A program made the position numbers and the translations under genes. Below the pieces are notes generated by a model, which worked only from the letters and a program-made list of their open reading frames with translations, was not told the DNA's origin and did not search any database. DNA of 63,188 bases, filler included, from Octopus bimaculoides (Eukaryota), in assembly GCF_001194135.2 (NCBI RefSeq). It is 7 parts of 6 records of this genome, joined end to end, with 100 filler letters (N's around TTAATTAATTAA, not from the genome) between each part and the next. Parts side by side here need not be neighbours in the genome. Positions count along the whole stretch, not along the records: positions 1 to 16,749 come from NC_068998.1; positions 16,850 to 25,173 come from NC_068982.1; 5 more parts are not named here. The stretch is one strand, 5' to 3'. Below, one piece after another: positions 11,666 to 22,365 of this stretch. Position 1 is the first letter of the stretch; every line of letters starts with the position of its first letter.

Positions 11666-12825
11666 ACTTCAGCCTAGAACACTACCTCCCGTGGACAATA
11701 ACTCCTGAGGATAACAGATGATGATTTAAAACATCTTAATATATTAGAGAGGGGGTAATTAACCAATGGGGGTAATTACCCGAGTGGGTAGTTGTCATTG
11801 GGGGGGAATTGTCCTATGTGGGGTAATTGTCCAGATATGCATGCACATGCACGCACACACACACACATATATATATATACATATATATATGTATATGTAC
11901 ATATACATAGATGTGTATATAGATCTATATATACATTATCGACACATTTACATATGTATGTGTCTGTGTGTGTGTGTGTGATGGTCTTCTATACAATTTT
12001 CATTGACCAAATTTCGCCCATAAGGCTTTGCTCAGCATGTGACTATAGTATAAGACACTTGTCCAAGGTGACATTGAATGTGAAAGTATGTGGTTCTGAA
12101 GAAAACTTCTTAATCAGATATAACAAGTGCTGAATTAGAAATTATAGATTAGAAATTGCCAAGTCAAACCCAACGATTATATTAAATACAGTCAATTATA
12201 TGTTTTTTTATTTCATTTGTCTCACACCAAATACTAAGAAGCATTATAAATAATTTATAACCAAGGCAAAAGAAATAATGAAAATTTTTAGCACATTTTT
12301 ACACATTAAAAAAATATCTTTTAAGGGAAAAATATGAACGCAAAATGTTATTCATATTGTTGAGATCATCTATTAAAATACCTATTAGTTTAATAAATAA
12401 CATAAATTGGTCAATTTTAAATAAAATTTAGAATATTGTACCAACTAAGGCTAAAGATGATTCATATTTGTCATGTATTCTATTTAACATATTTTTACTG
12501 TATCTTTATTTAGTTTGTTTATTTAAAATATGTTCCTTCATTTTGTTACAATAAATAAGAAAAAGAAAAGGAAAATAACAAAGCTGTTAACAATGTAGAC
12601 AATCCTTTATAGTTCGGGTGCAAAGGTCCATTCTCAGGAGGGAGCAGTCCAAGAAATGTCTAGTTACACCAATTTTGTTATATTTAAACTGCTTGGTATT
12701 TGGGTTAGCAGCAGTAGCAGCAACTCTCTGACTGCTGGTGCAAGTAACTCTAAAACTGTTGGCTGTTGTGACATATTTTTACATGGTGGCGGCAGTGGTG
12801 GCAGTGGTGGCGGCAGTGGTGGCAG

Positions 12826-12904
12826 TGGTAGACACAAACTGAAAGAAGCCCATCGTATATATGTATCGATATATATATNNNNNNNNNNNNNNNNNNNNNN
12901 NNNN

Positions 12905-12949
<45 letters not shown>

Positions 12950-13170
12950 ATATGTTTGTCCCCCCAACATCACTTTACAACCAATGCTAGTGTGTTTACA
13001 TCTCCGTAACTTAGCGGTTCGGCAAAAGATGATGCTGGATATGATGAGCGTCAGCTTAGTTTCCATCTGCCAAATTCCAGTCACATGGCATTTGATTAAA
13101 TCTGGAGCTATAGCAGAAAACTCCTGTCTTAGGTACCATGCAATTAAATCAAACCCTGAACCATGTTGTA
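12826..13170. mobile_element. Two SINE family B fragments in opposite orientation
   Basis: Plus piece 12826-13030 (gtagac..aactgaaagaagccc...gcggttcggcaaaag); older minus 5' half at about 13050-13170. Confidence 0.7.
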
Positions 13171-13273
13171 AGCCAAAATGTCTTGGAGTTCTATATTTAA
13201 AAGATGAGGAATTATGTACATTATTTACATTATTTACATTTGATGGATATTTGTCTTCATCTTGTTCGCTGTT

Positions 13274-13319
13274 AAAACAATGTTTCAGCTGATATACTCT
13301 CCAGCCTTCATCAGGTGTC
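13274..13319 (-). ncRNA. Degenerate type I hammerhead motif
   Basis: GACAC-CTGATGA-A-GGCTG-gagagtatat-CAGCT-GAAA-CATT-GTTTT. Confidence 0.6.
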
Positions 13320-13392
13320 TTGGAAAAATTTCGAACCTGCATTCTTGGAAAAGTACCTTAGGAATGAGAATGCAGGTTCAAAATTTCCTCAA

Positions 13393-13438
13393 GACACCTG
13401 ATGAAGGCTGGACGGTATATCAGCCGAAACGATGTGTT
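13393..13438 (+). ncRNA. Type I hammerhead motif, U16.1 mutated
   Basis: GACAC-CTGATGA(13398-13404)-A-GGCTG-gacggtatat-CAGCC-GAAA(13426-13429)-CGAT-GTGTT; stem I GACAC/GTGTT pairs. Confidence 0.7.
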
Positions 13439-13642
13439 AACAACAAACAAGTTGAGGACAAATATCCGTCAAATGTAAATAATGCAGATAATGTAAATAA
13501 CGTCCAAAATGTCTTGTTTGCTTTATTTTTTCTGCCCATAGTGTTAAGATCGCAGGAAAACTGGATTGTAATATGGAGTTTCAGGAATTTCTTTCTGGTT
13601 TGGACCTGAGCCACAAGATCCCAATTACCATGTGTTTTCATA

Positions 13643-13859
13643 TGAGATTGTGCTGAATAGTTTCTGGCTTTGGGTAAAAGAAAATACAGGAGGATCAGTT
13701 AATTATGAATTTATTCCACTTATTCCCCTCTCAGATTCACTCACTTATTGCAGTGGTCCTTCAGTTTTTCTAAGCCCTGTAAAAGTGCTCTGAATGTTGG
13801 GCTTCCAACCAGGTCTTCTGCAATACTCTTAAAGCAAGGAAATTTTCAGGACCCCTTTG
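13643..13859. mobile_element. Mariner-type MITE, older copy
   Basis: TA at 13641-42 and 13860-61; degenerate TIR gctgaatagtttctggcttt / aaagcaaggaaattttcagg; internal sequence matches 28212-28429. Confidence 0.7.
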
Positions 13860-14957
13860 TACATCCCCTGACATATAGCACAAGCAGATCTTAACTCATA
13901 AGAACTGATCTTTAGCAATATGGCAGTGCTCCATTAATTTTCCTGCTATTCCGTAAGGAAGTCTGTAAATGTCTAATTTGGTGAAATTTAAAACTAGCTT
14001 TTGTTGCTGGCAGATTTTGATGGTTTCCAAGAATACTAAAGGTTTCCTCATTTATCAGACCAAAATATTTCTTTAAAAGATTGCAACTGGCATTTTCAAA
14101 TGACAAAGATAATATTTTGTTTGAATTATTTCAGTATTTGAACTATGGTTCGAACAAGTTGAATCAGAACAAATTGGTTTGTGTCTTGCCAACATAAACC
14201 ATTTTTCTTTAATTTGCAAAGAGATTCTATAATTGTTGTTGCTGCCACTGCTTCTATTGTTGTTGACTATCTGGATATTCAGCTCTGTTCAAGTTGACCT
14301 TTGACTCTGATGTAGCTAATCAAAAGAAGTGAAAGATAACAAAACCCCACTGTCAGTAGTTCTAACCATAGCAATTTTATTATTTCAAACATATTATTGC
14401 ATATCTTGGCACAACAATTGATTCTACTAGATACAAGCTCTCTACTATAAATATTTAAAAAAATCTTTACTTTTTCTCACTGACTTAGAATATTATTCCA
14501 TTAGTGCATCTCATATGATATATGAGCTGATTATTTTTATGGCATCCCAATTTTCATGAGGTAGCCACCAAGCACTTGTAAACTACTAAATGTTGAAATA
14601 TTTTATGTATATTACTTAACATAATTCCGAGCGATATATTACATGTGCGTTACTTCTGTTTGGTTTATTATCCTCAGAAGTTAAAATGGCGAAATTGATA
14701 TAGGAAAAGATTCTGAATTCATAATTTACATTAAGGAATCTTAGACACTGTGATGCATTAAATCTGATGCTCTATGGTTGGTCATCTTCAGCATCTCTTA
14801 TATAGGAAAATTCTAACTGCCAAAACTCACTTTCTTCACAGTGCATTAATCTTGCCCCAAATTTCAGATGTAACTTCCCCTGAAGCTCACCAACTGTACA
14901 TGAAATGCCAGAAGTTACTTCTGTCGGGACTCGTACTCACAGTATTTAAACAAATTA

Positions 14958-15190
14958 AAGGCAGCGAGCTGGCAGAATCATTAGCACGCCGGGTGAAATG
15001 CTTAGCGGTATTTCATCTGTCGTTATGTTCTAAGTTCAAATTCCACCGAGGTCGACTTTACCTTTCATCCTTTTGGGGTTGATAAATTATGTACCAGTTA
15101 CGCACTGGTGTCGATGTAATCGACTTAATCCCTTTGTCTGTCCTTGTTTGTCCACTCTATGTCAAGCCCCTTGTGGGCAATAAAGAAATA
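14958..15190 (+). mobile_element. SINE family A, full length with TSD
   Basis: 14-bp target site duplication ATTTAAACAAATTA at 14944-14957 and 15191-15204. Confidence 0.9.
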
Positions 15191-15211
15191 ATTTAAACAA
15201 ATTATTTAAGT

Positions 15212-15580
15212 AGGAGTGGTTGTGTGTTAAGTAGCTTGCTTACCAACCACATGGTTCCGGGTTCATTCCCACTGTGTGGCACCTTGGGCAAGTGTCTTCT
15301 ACTATAGCCTAGGGCTGACCAAAGCCTTGTGAGTGGATTTGGTAAACGGAAAGTAAAAGAAGCCCGTCGTATATANNNNNNNNNNTGTCCCCCCAGCATT
15401 GCTTGACAACCAATGGTGGTATGTTTACATCCCCATAACTTAGCGGTTCGGCAAAAGAGACTGATAGAATAAGTACTAGGCTTTCAAAGAATAAGTCCTG
15501 GGGTCGATTTGCTCGACTAAAGGTGGTGCTCTAGCATGGCCTCAGTCAAATCACTGAAACAAGTAAAAAGAGTAAATGAG
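15212..15580 (+). mobile_element. SINE family B, full length
   Basis: Head, body and gaaacaagtaaaaagag tail all present. Confidence 0.85.
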
Positions 15581-15750
15581 TAAACAAATTACATCAGCTT
15601 TGTCTTTATTTTGTAAATTTGATGTATTTTAATTTCTCATTCGAGAGGTATTTCTCTGCCCTGTCTGCCTTGCTCGCTCTATCAATTTCACTCACAGCCT
15701 TCATCTAGTGTCTTAGAGAAAATGTGCAAACATTCAGTGCTGAACTGGAT

Positions 15751-15968
15751 TTTTGTGGCACCAGCACCAATGCTTTTTAAGTAGCATCAGCACCAGTGCA
15801 TCTTACATCTTAGCAACACCAGTGCCTCTTATGTGACACCAGCACTTTTTATGTGACACTAGCACCTGTGCCTTTTACGTGGCACCAGCACCAGTGATTT
15901 TTACATGGCACCAGCACCAGTGCTTTTTTACGAGGCACCAACACCAGTGCATTTTATATAGCACCAGT
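15751..15968 (+). repeat. Minisatellite of about 26 bp (ttttacgtggcaccagcaccagtgc)
   Basis: About 8 degenerate units visible. Confidence 0.8.
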
Positions 15969-16414
15969 CATATACAAATTTATTATGAATTGAGATCTGA
16001 GATGTTTCATAATTCTAGATGAAATATGCAAACAGAGGTTAACTCATTTAAGCTAGGTGTTATGACCTATGACCTTTGTGCATGACTTATTGACATCATC
16101 AAGGAGAGAAGCGGCTTTCAAAAGAATTTCTCACAAATCTGTCGGGTTAAGTAAACAAAAGAAAACATAAAAGAAATCTTTTAAAATAGCGGGAAAACAT
16201 AACATTATCGAGGTATAGAGATTATGATGATGATGGTGATGATGATACTGCTGATGTGAAGTGTGTGCTTGCATGTATGGATATATGTGTATGTGTTTGT
16301 TCAACATATAGATACATACGTATGTGAATTCATATACATATAATTACACAAGAATCTATGCACACTCACGTACATCCAAGCACATACACATACGCACATA
16401 AATATGTGTGTGCA

Positions 16415-16446
<32 letters not shown>

Positions 16447-16793
16447 TGTATGTGTGTGTGATATTTAAATGCATTTGAATATCAAGTATAAATTTTGGGT
16501 TTTCCGTTCGTCAAGAAAGGCAGCAATCTTCACATCTAATGCATAATTCATGATTTCTGTACAATCTGATATGTACGAATGAGATAAGAAGATGGTGCCA
16601 ACAATTCATCACCTTTCTTAACCTGCCTGTGTTTGCTTCATCAGTAGTTAATAATAATAATAATGATAATAATGATAATAATAATATTCCTTTCTACTGA
16701 AGGCACAAGGCCTTGAATTTTTAAGGAGAAGTGGGTTAGTTGATTACATNNNNNNNNNNNNNNNNNNNNNNNNNNNNNNNNNNNNNNNNNNNN

Positions 16794-16805
16794 TTAATTA
16801 ATTAA
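16794..16805. other. Assembly linker TTAATTAATTAA inside a 100-bp gap (also 25218, 43158, 53634, 58504, 60884)
   Basis: Identical 12-mer flanked by about 44 N on each side, six times; gives stops in all six frames. Confidence 0.95.
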
Positions 16806-16868
16806 NNNNNNNNNNNNNNNNNNNNNNNNNNNNNNNNNNNNNNNNNNNNCACCACCACCACCACCACC

Positions 16869-16914
<46 letters not shown>

Positions 16915-17029
16915 ACAACAACAACAACAAAAACAACAATAATACTAATGATAATAATAAGAACAACAACAATAATCTCAGCATTTAATTCATTACCCGC
17001 CATTGATCTTCCTATCACATTATCATTAC

Positions 17030-17243
17030 AAGGCAACGAGCTGGCCGAATCGTTAGCACGCCGGGTAAAATGCTTAGCGGTATTTCGTCTGTCTTGTCGT
17101 TCTGAGTTCAAATGCGTCCGAGGTCGACTTTGCCGTTCATCCTTTCGTGGTCGATAAATTAAGTACCTGTGAAATACTGGGGTTGATGTTATCGACTTAT
17201 TCCGTTCCTCCAAATCTGAGGCCTTGTGCATCCAGTAGAAAGG

Positions 17244-17282
<39 letters not shown>

Positions 17283-17291
17283 ATAATAATG

Positions 17292-17323
<32 letters not shown>

Positions 17324-17827
17324 TATTATTATTATTATTATTATCAAGGCGACGAGCTGGAAGAATCGTTAGGACGTCGGGCAAAATGGTTAGGGGTATT
17401 TTTTTCTGCCTTCACGTTCTGAGTTCAAATGCCTCCGAAGTCGACTTTGCCTTTCATCCTTTCGTGGTCGATAACTTAAGTACATGGAAACACTGGGGTC
17501 GATACTATCGACTAGTCCCCTACCCTTAATTTCAAGCCTTGTGCCTGTAGTAGAAAAGATTATTATTATTATTATTTTTATTTTTATTACAATTATTATT
17601 ATATTATTATCATTATTAATATCAGGGTGACGAGCTGGCCGAATCGTGAGCACGACAGGAAAAATCCTTATCCTCATTTCGTCTGTCTTGACGTTGTGAG
17701 TTCAAATTCTGCCGAGATCAGCTTATTCTTTCAGTATCGATAAAGTAAGTACCAATTGAGTACTGGGGTCGATCTAATAGACTGGAGCCCTCCCCCAAAA
17801 TTTCAGATCTTTTGCCTGTAATAGAAA

Positions 17828-17864
<37 letters not shown>

Positions 17865-17880
17865 TATTATTATTATTATC
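17030..17880 (+). mobile_element. Tandem array of three SINE family A copies separated by (TAT/AAT)n
   Basis: Units 17030-17243, 17346-17558 and 17624-17830, each ending tagaaa(g/a)ga plus triplet tract. Confidence 0.85.
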
Positions 17881-17899
17881 GTCATCATCTTCTTTCAAT

Positions 17900-18700
17900 T
17901 CACAGCGACAATGTTCTTCTCAATACGTGTGACGCAGCTGTTATGACAATCTTTTGCAATTTCTGCATGAATAGTTAAGCCAGGTTTCATTCTTAGATAA
18001 TTTTCAGTTCTTTATTTGATCATTCCAACTACTCCTACAATCACTGGTATTCTAACAGTCTTAGGATGCCACATCTTTTCGATTTCAATTAACAAATCTT
18101 TATATTTTCTGAGCTCATCAAATTCTTTTGCCGAGATATGGCCACAGGGTATGCCTGTGTCAATCAATAAACATACTTAATTGTTTTAGTCTTTCACCAC
18201 AATATCTGGTTTATTTGCTTTGGTGGTTCTGCCTGCACATACTGTAAAGTCCCAAAGAGTAGTTACAGTTTCTCAGGATGGTGCTTGTACCATTTGTCAG
18301 CAGATTTGATTTTATAATGACAACACATATATATTGGCCAATACATATTGGCCAACTCTGTCATGTCTTGATTTATTTTATACTCTACAGGTGATAAAGC
18401 CTTACACCTCAACATTAGGTGGTCTACTGTTTCAATCCCATCGTTTTTATTATAAATATTATTACTTGTCATAGCATGCTCGAAATAAGGAGTAGACTGA
18501 CAGCCGATAAATGATGAAGGGTCCATTCTCTGGGTTTACTTGTCCTGTTCTGTATCTTACCTCGTTGTTTAGGTACTTAGCTCGTTTGTTTACATATTTC
18601 ATGTTTGCACCACTGAGCATTGGGTTCAATATTACCCAACCTGAAGAATCATCTGGAAACTTTATAAATACCATACAATCTAGGTGTATTGCATAAATAG
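17900..18700 (-). mobile_element. R4/Dong-clade non-LTR retrotransposon 3' end (Zn-knuckle relic + restriction-like endonuclease)
   Basis: ETVDHLMLRC..., LWDFTV...ANKPDIVVKD...LLIDTGIP...KYKDLLIEIEKMW...IPVIVG and LQKIVITAASHVLRRTLSL* with frameshifts. Confidence 0.85.
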
Positions 18701-19397
18701 GCATTACTAGGAACTACACGTATATTGCGTACAGTACTGTCTGTCTGGGGTCCTTGTTGTGGCTTAACAAACAGTACAAACCTCCGGTAGACACAATATC
18801 TTCAATCAATAACATCACGATATAATATTACTAATAATTGGTGCGATGAAAGGAAAACTTCGCAATACGGCTGTGGGAAAAGTTTTGTTAAAGTAAAGGA
18901 ACTAAAAAATCGGAAAAAGTTTTGTTATATACATCATATCTCAATGCGAGAAGTCGAAACCAGCACCAGGAACCTTGGTAAAACACATCAATTACCCAAT
19001 AAGCAATAAGTACGTAAATTGAATAATTGCCTATACAATCAACTGTCCATGCATCCATGTGCATGTTATATTTATAAGCAACATAAATAATGCTTGCACA
19101 ACACAGACGTACACACACAGAAAATTAAAGAAAACCACGTGTCACGAGCGACGCCAAACGAAACAAAAACAAAGGGACTTCCTACAGACGAATAAAAAAA
19201 GGAGCAAAATAGTTACTCAGTTTAAAACATCACTAAACAGTAATACATAGCTACCTAAAAGACATAGAGGCGATTTTCGATCTATCAGCCTACGATATGA
19301 CAAATATATCCATTCAAAGAACAAGGAAGCGGTGTTATATCAAAAAGTCAACCCCGAACAAACAGACCCGTCTCCCATTGTCACCGTCAATGCTTTA

Positions 19398-20340
19398 ATG
19401 AGAAGCCAAATCTCATGCCGAATCGGTTATCGCCCGATACAACAAGGACCGCGTTTCCGAGAAGGGAACCATACTGGGATTGAAAAGTCTGCTTCTGGAA
19501 CAAACTCTCATAAACGACGTACTTGGTAACCAGAACCCGGATAACCCTAACACTAGACCGGTAGTGACACCACCAAAGATACCTTCTAAAGCAAAATGCA
19601 TAAAATGGACTAGAGAGGGTTATATAGAAGTGTTGAAAGGTTTCTATACAGCCCAAGTAAACCCAAGCAATAACCTTATTGTACAAACATACACTTCATG
19701 GAGAAACATAGTTGGCAACGAAGTACGCAGATATGTAGACGCAAATCAACAATTAAGTAATGTCCGTAGAGACATCATTAAGAATAAAAGGTTAAATGAC
19801 GCTGAAATTAGCCAAATTAGGATACAAATATCTCACGGTAGACCAAATGAAAATAACAATGCAAATGAAATAGGTAACAGATGCACGAACCTAGTGTACG
19901 TACAGTACATTCCAACGAGGAAACTGAAGAAAGAATAGCGAAGAACAGATATGCGGAAAATGAGGAGAAAGTAGACCTTCCTCAAGAATACCAGAATAGA
20001 TATGACAAGGAATTCGAGGTGAATAATAAAGAGATCATAAAAGCAAAAGAAGATTTTAGGAGAGAGGTCAGCAAGACTGAGTTTACTGACATGATCAATA
20101 GAGAACTGCTATCAAAGTTCTCAAACAGCATAAAAAAACCAACATAATCATGATATATAATGTTGCTCTTAGACAGATTTTGAGAAATAAGGGAAATTAC
20201 CTAACAACCTTAAATAACCTTATCTATTCCACTACTAAAGTTGTAACTGCTTAACTAGTTATCAGGGTGACACGGAGAAGGACCAACTATGTCAATAGAC
20301 CTACTAAGTGGAATGTGGCAATACAAAAAGAGATTGAAAC
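19398..20340 (+). mobile_element. R4/Dong-clade 5' ORF fragment
   Basis: KWTREGYIEVLKGFY...SWR...LSNVRRDIIKNKRL, then NNLIYSTTKVV...KW..AIQKEIE; frameshifted. Confidence 0.75.
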
Positions 20341-20364
20341 TTCATTTGGCTTTTTGGTTTTCCT

Positions 20365-21290
20365 ATGACCTAGCATTCTTCCTGCAACCCCTCTGTTTTT
20401 CTGGTAACAAATTCTGGCTGTCAAGTTGCTCGTAAATGCTTTCTGAGAGTATTCCTATTAACAGCTTTCACACTAATGGTAAACAAGTAATTGGTCTATA
20501 ATTGCTAGCTGTAATACCCTTGCTTTCGTCTTTCATAAATAGTACTTTTCTCCCTCTATTCACTCAAGCTGGTATTACTCGCCCATTCAGGTAATTCTGA
20601 AGTTTCTCCCTCAGTTTCACATATAAGCAAACAAATTTCTCCAACCAGTACCTTGAACTAAATCTGGTTCTAGGCCCTTTCAGTTCTCCATTTTCCCTAA
20701 TACTTGTCACATTAACGGAGTAGCTAGTCTTAGATCTGGCTGCTTCTCACTCGCTACTTCTTTCCTCACTTTCTTTAACCATACTGCATCTCCATTAGGA
20801 TTGACTTGTGTATCTCATATATTACTCCAGAACTTTCTAGCTTCTTCTGCAATAGGTTTCGCATCTTCAGTACTTCCTTCTCCACTATTTATTTGGCAAT
20901 AAAATCTCCTCTCGTCTGTCTCAAATAATCTATTTTGTAGATACTGATCAATTCTTTTCTCATATCTGAAAAGCTTACCAGCTACTACTATGATATGCTA
21001 CTTCAACTTTTCCATGAGTGTCCCAAATCTTTTCTCTTTGACTAAGTATCTTTTCTCAAGAGAAGATTTAAATCTTGCATTTCCAACCTTGTTCATTTTC
21101 CCGGCTTCTATCCTACTCTGATCTTGTCTTAATGTCTTCACTTTATTTTATAATTTTCGTTCCCACATTTGCGCTTTTCTAATCTTTCTTTGAAGAATAC
21201 ATAATCTTCTAGAAACTATAACTCCCCCCTGCATAGGTCAATAAGTTAGTGGCACCTATATTTGTAGTATATATCTTACTGATAACAGAA
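20365..21290 (-). mobile_element. R4/Dong-clade pre-RT and RT N-terminal fragment
   Basis: RYEKRIDQYLQNRLFETDERRFY, KFWSNI, ASNYRPITCLPL..KLLIGILSESIYEQLDSQNLLPEKQRGCRK. Confidence 0.85.
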
Positions 21291-21388
21291 TGCACTTTCC
21301 TAGTCATGTCTAGCAGCTTCTTCTGCTGGTACCTTTAAATGCAGGCAATCTTTTTCTTTCTTATTTACTCATTCCTTCCTGCAACCCA

Positions 21389-21398
21389 TCTAAAAAGT

Positions 21399-21454
<56 letters not shown>

Positions 21455-21517
21455 TAATAATAATAATAATAATAATGATAATAATAATGATAATAACCCT
21501 AACCCTAACCCTAACCC
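21389..21517 (+). repeat. (AAT)n microsatellite followed by (TAACCC)4 telomeric-type repeat
   Basis: TAACCC x4 at 21494-21517. Confidence 0.85.
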
Positions 21518-21708
21518 TACAATCACCTTGACACCTGACGTGTGGCACACTATGCATTTGTTCAGGCATTGTCGATTTGATGGAGGCAGTAAGCTAATGT
21601 ACAGAACATTTGCGCTGGTTGTTCAGCAAAGACTGAACACTCATACCTCTTCGACAGGAATTCCCTCCTCTTCCCTCTCCTTATCATCATCACCATCAGC
21701 GGCACCGG

Positions 21709-21743
<35 letters not shown>

Positions 21744-21841
21744 TTATTTTCTGTATATTTTAAAATTTCTTGTTATTTCTGAAATAACCCAAGTAACAAT
21801 ACCATTAGCTTAGCAGGAGGAACAGCAGATAATTTACTCAC

Positions 21842-21996
21842 GGCATAGAAGAAAACCAAAACCATAGCCGTAAGGCGCAAATTACAAAACTAATATTAAT
21901 CAGCATATTATTAGTACAGCAAGACGAAAAATCAATAAAAGCTGTATAGTGAAGCGATTCAGAGTATTAAAAGCCAAATACACATATGGAGTCGTT
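21842..21996 (-). other. Candidate exon with possible ATG at 21906
   Basis: ttgcatgtattgcag| ... TGCC|gtgagt; ATG frame gives the hydrophobic MLINISFVICALRLWFWFSSM. Confidence 0.25.
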
Positions 21997-22365
21997 CTGC
22001 AATACATGCAAAAACCAGAACACAACGTTTTTGTCAAATAACATTTGACGTGGAAAGAACATAGCATCAAATATAAACTGACCAATAATCAATTGTCCCA
22101 TTCCTTTGGCAAATGACTCAGGGAGAAGCTCTTGTGTACCACAGAAAAAATGCAACATAATTAGCAACACAGATACTTGCACAAGAACGAAGTGAAGATA
22201 TCACATGACAGGCACTAGAATATATTCATTAAAAATGGTATAATTTGCAAACATGTTAAATATCTGAAGACAAACCGGGAATGAATATAGAAGTGGCATT
22301 ACAGCAACAAACAACTTGTTAAAAGAACATCACACTGGTTGGAAATTTTAATGACCATTGAACTA

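Larger units (their letters stand above)
13221..13500. mobile_element. Head-to-head inverted pair of PLE-type terminal repeats
   Basis: Arms 13221-13345 and 13367-13500 are reverse complements; same family as 4505-4660. Confidence 0.8.

Noticed and set aside
14774-15082. 102-aa ORF and an antisense exon-like segment
   Set aside because: The second half is SINE A, the acceptor is poor, and no homology is recognised.
16794-16805. Recurrent TTAATTAATTAA palindrome (six sites)
   Set aside because: Always centred in a 100-bp N gap; an assembly linker, not biology.
17030-17880. Repeat-spacer array superficially like CRISPR
   Set aside because: Eukaryotic SINE units with microsatellite spacers; no cas genes.
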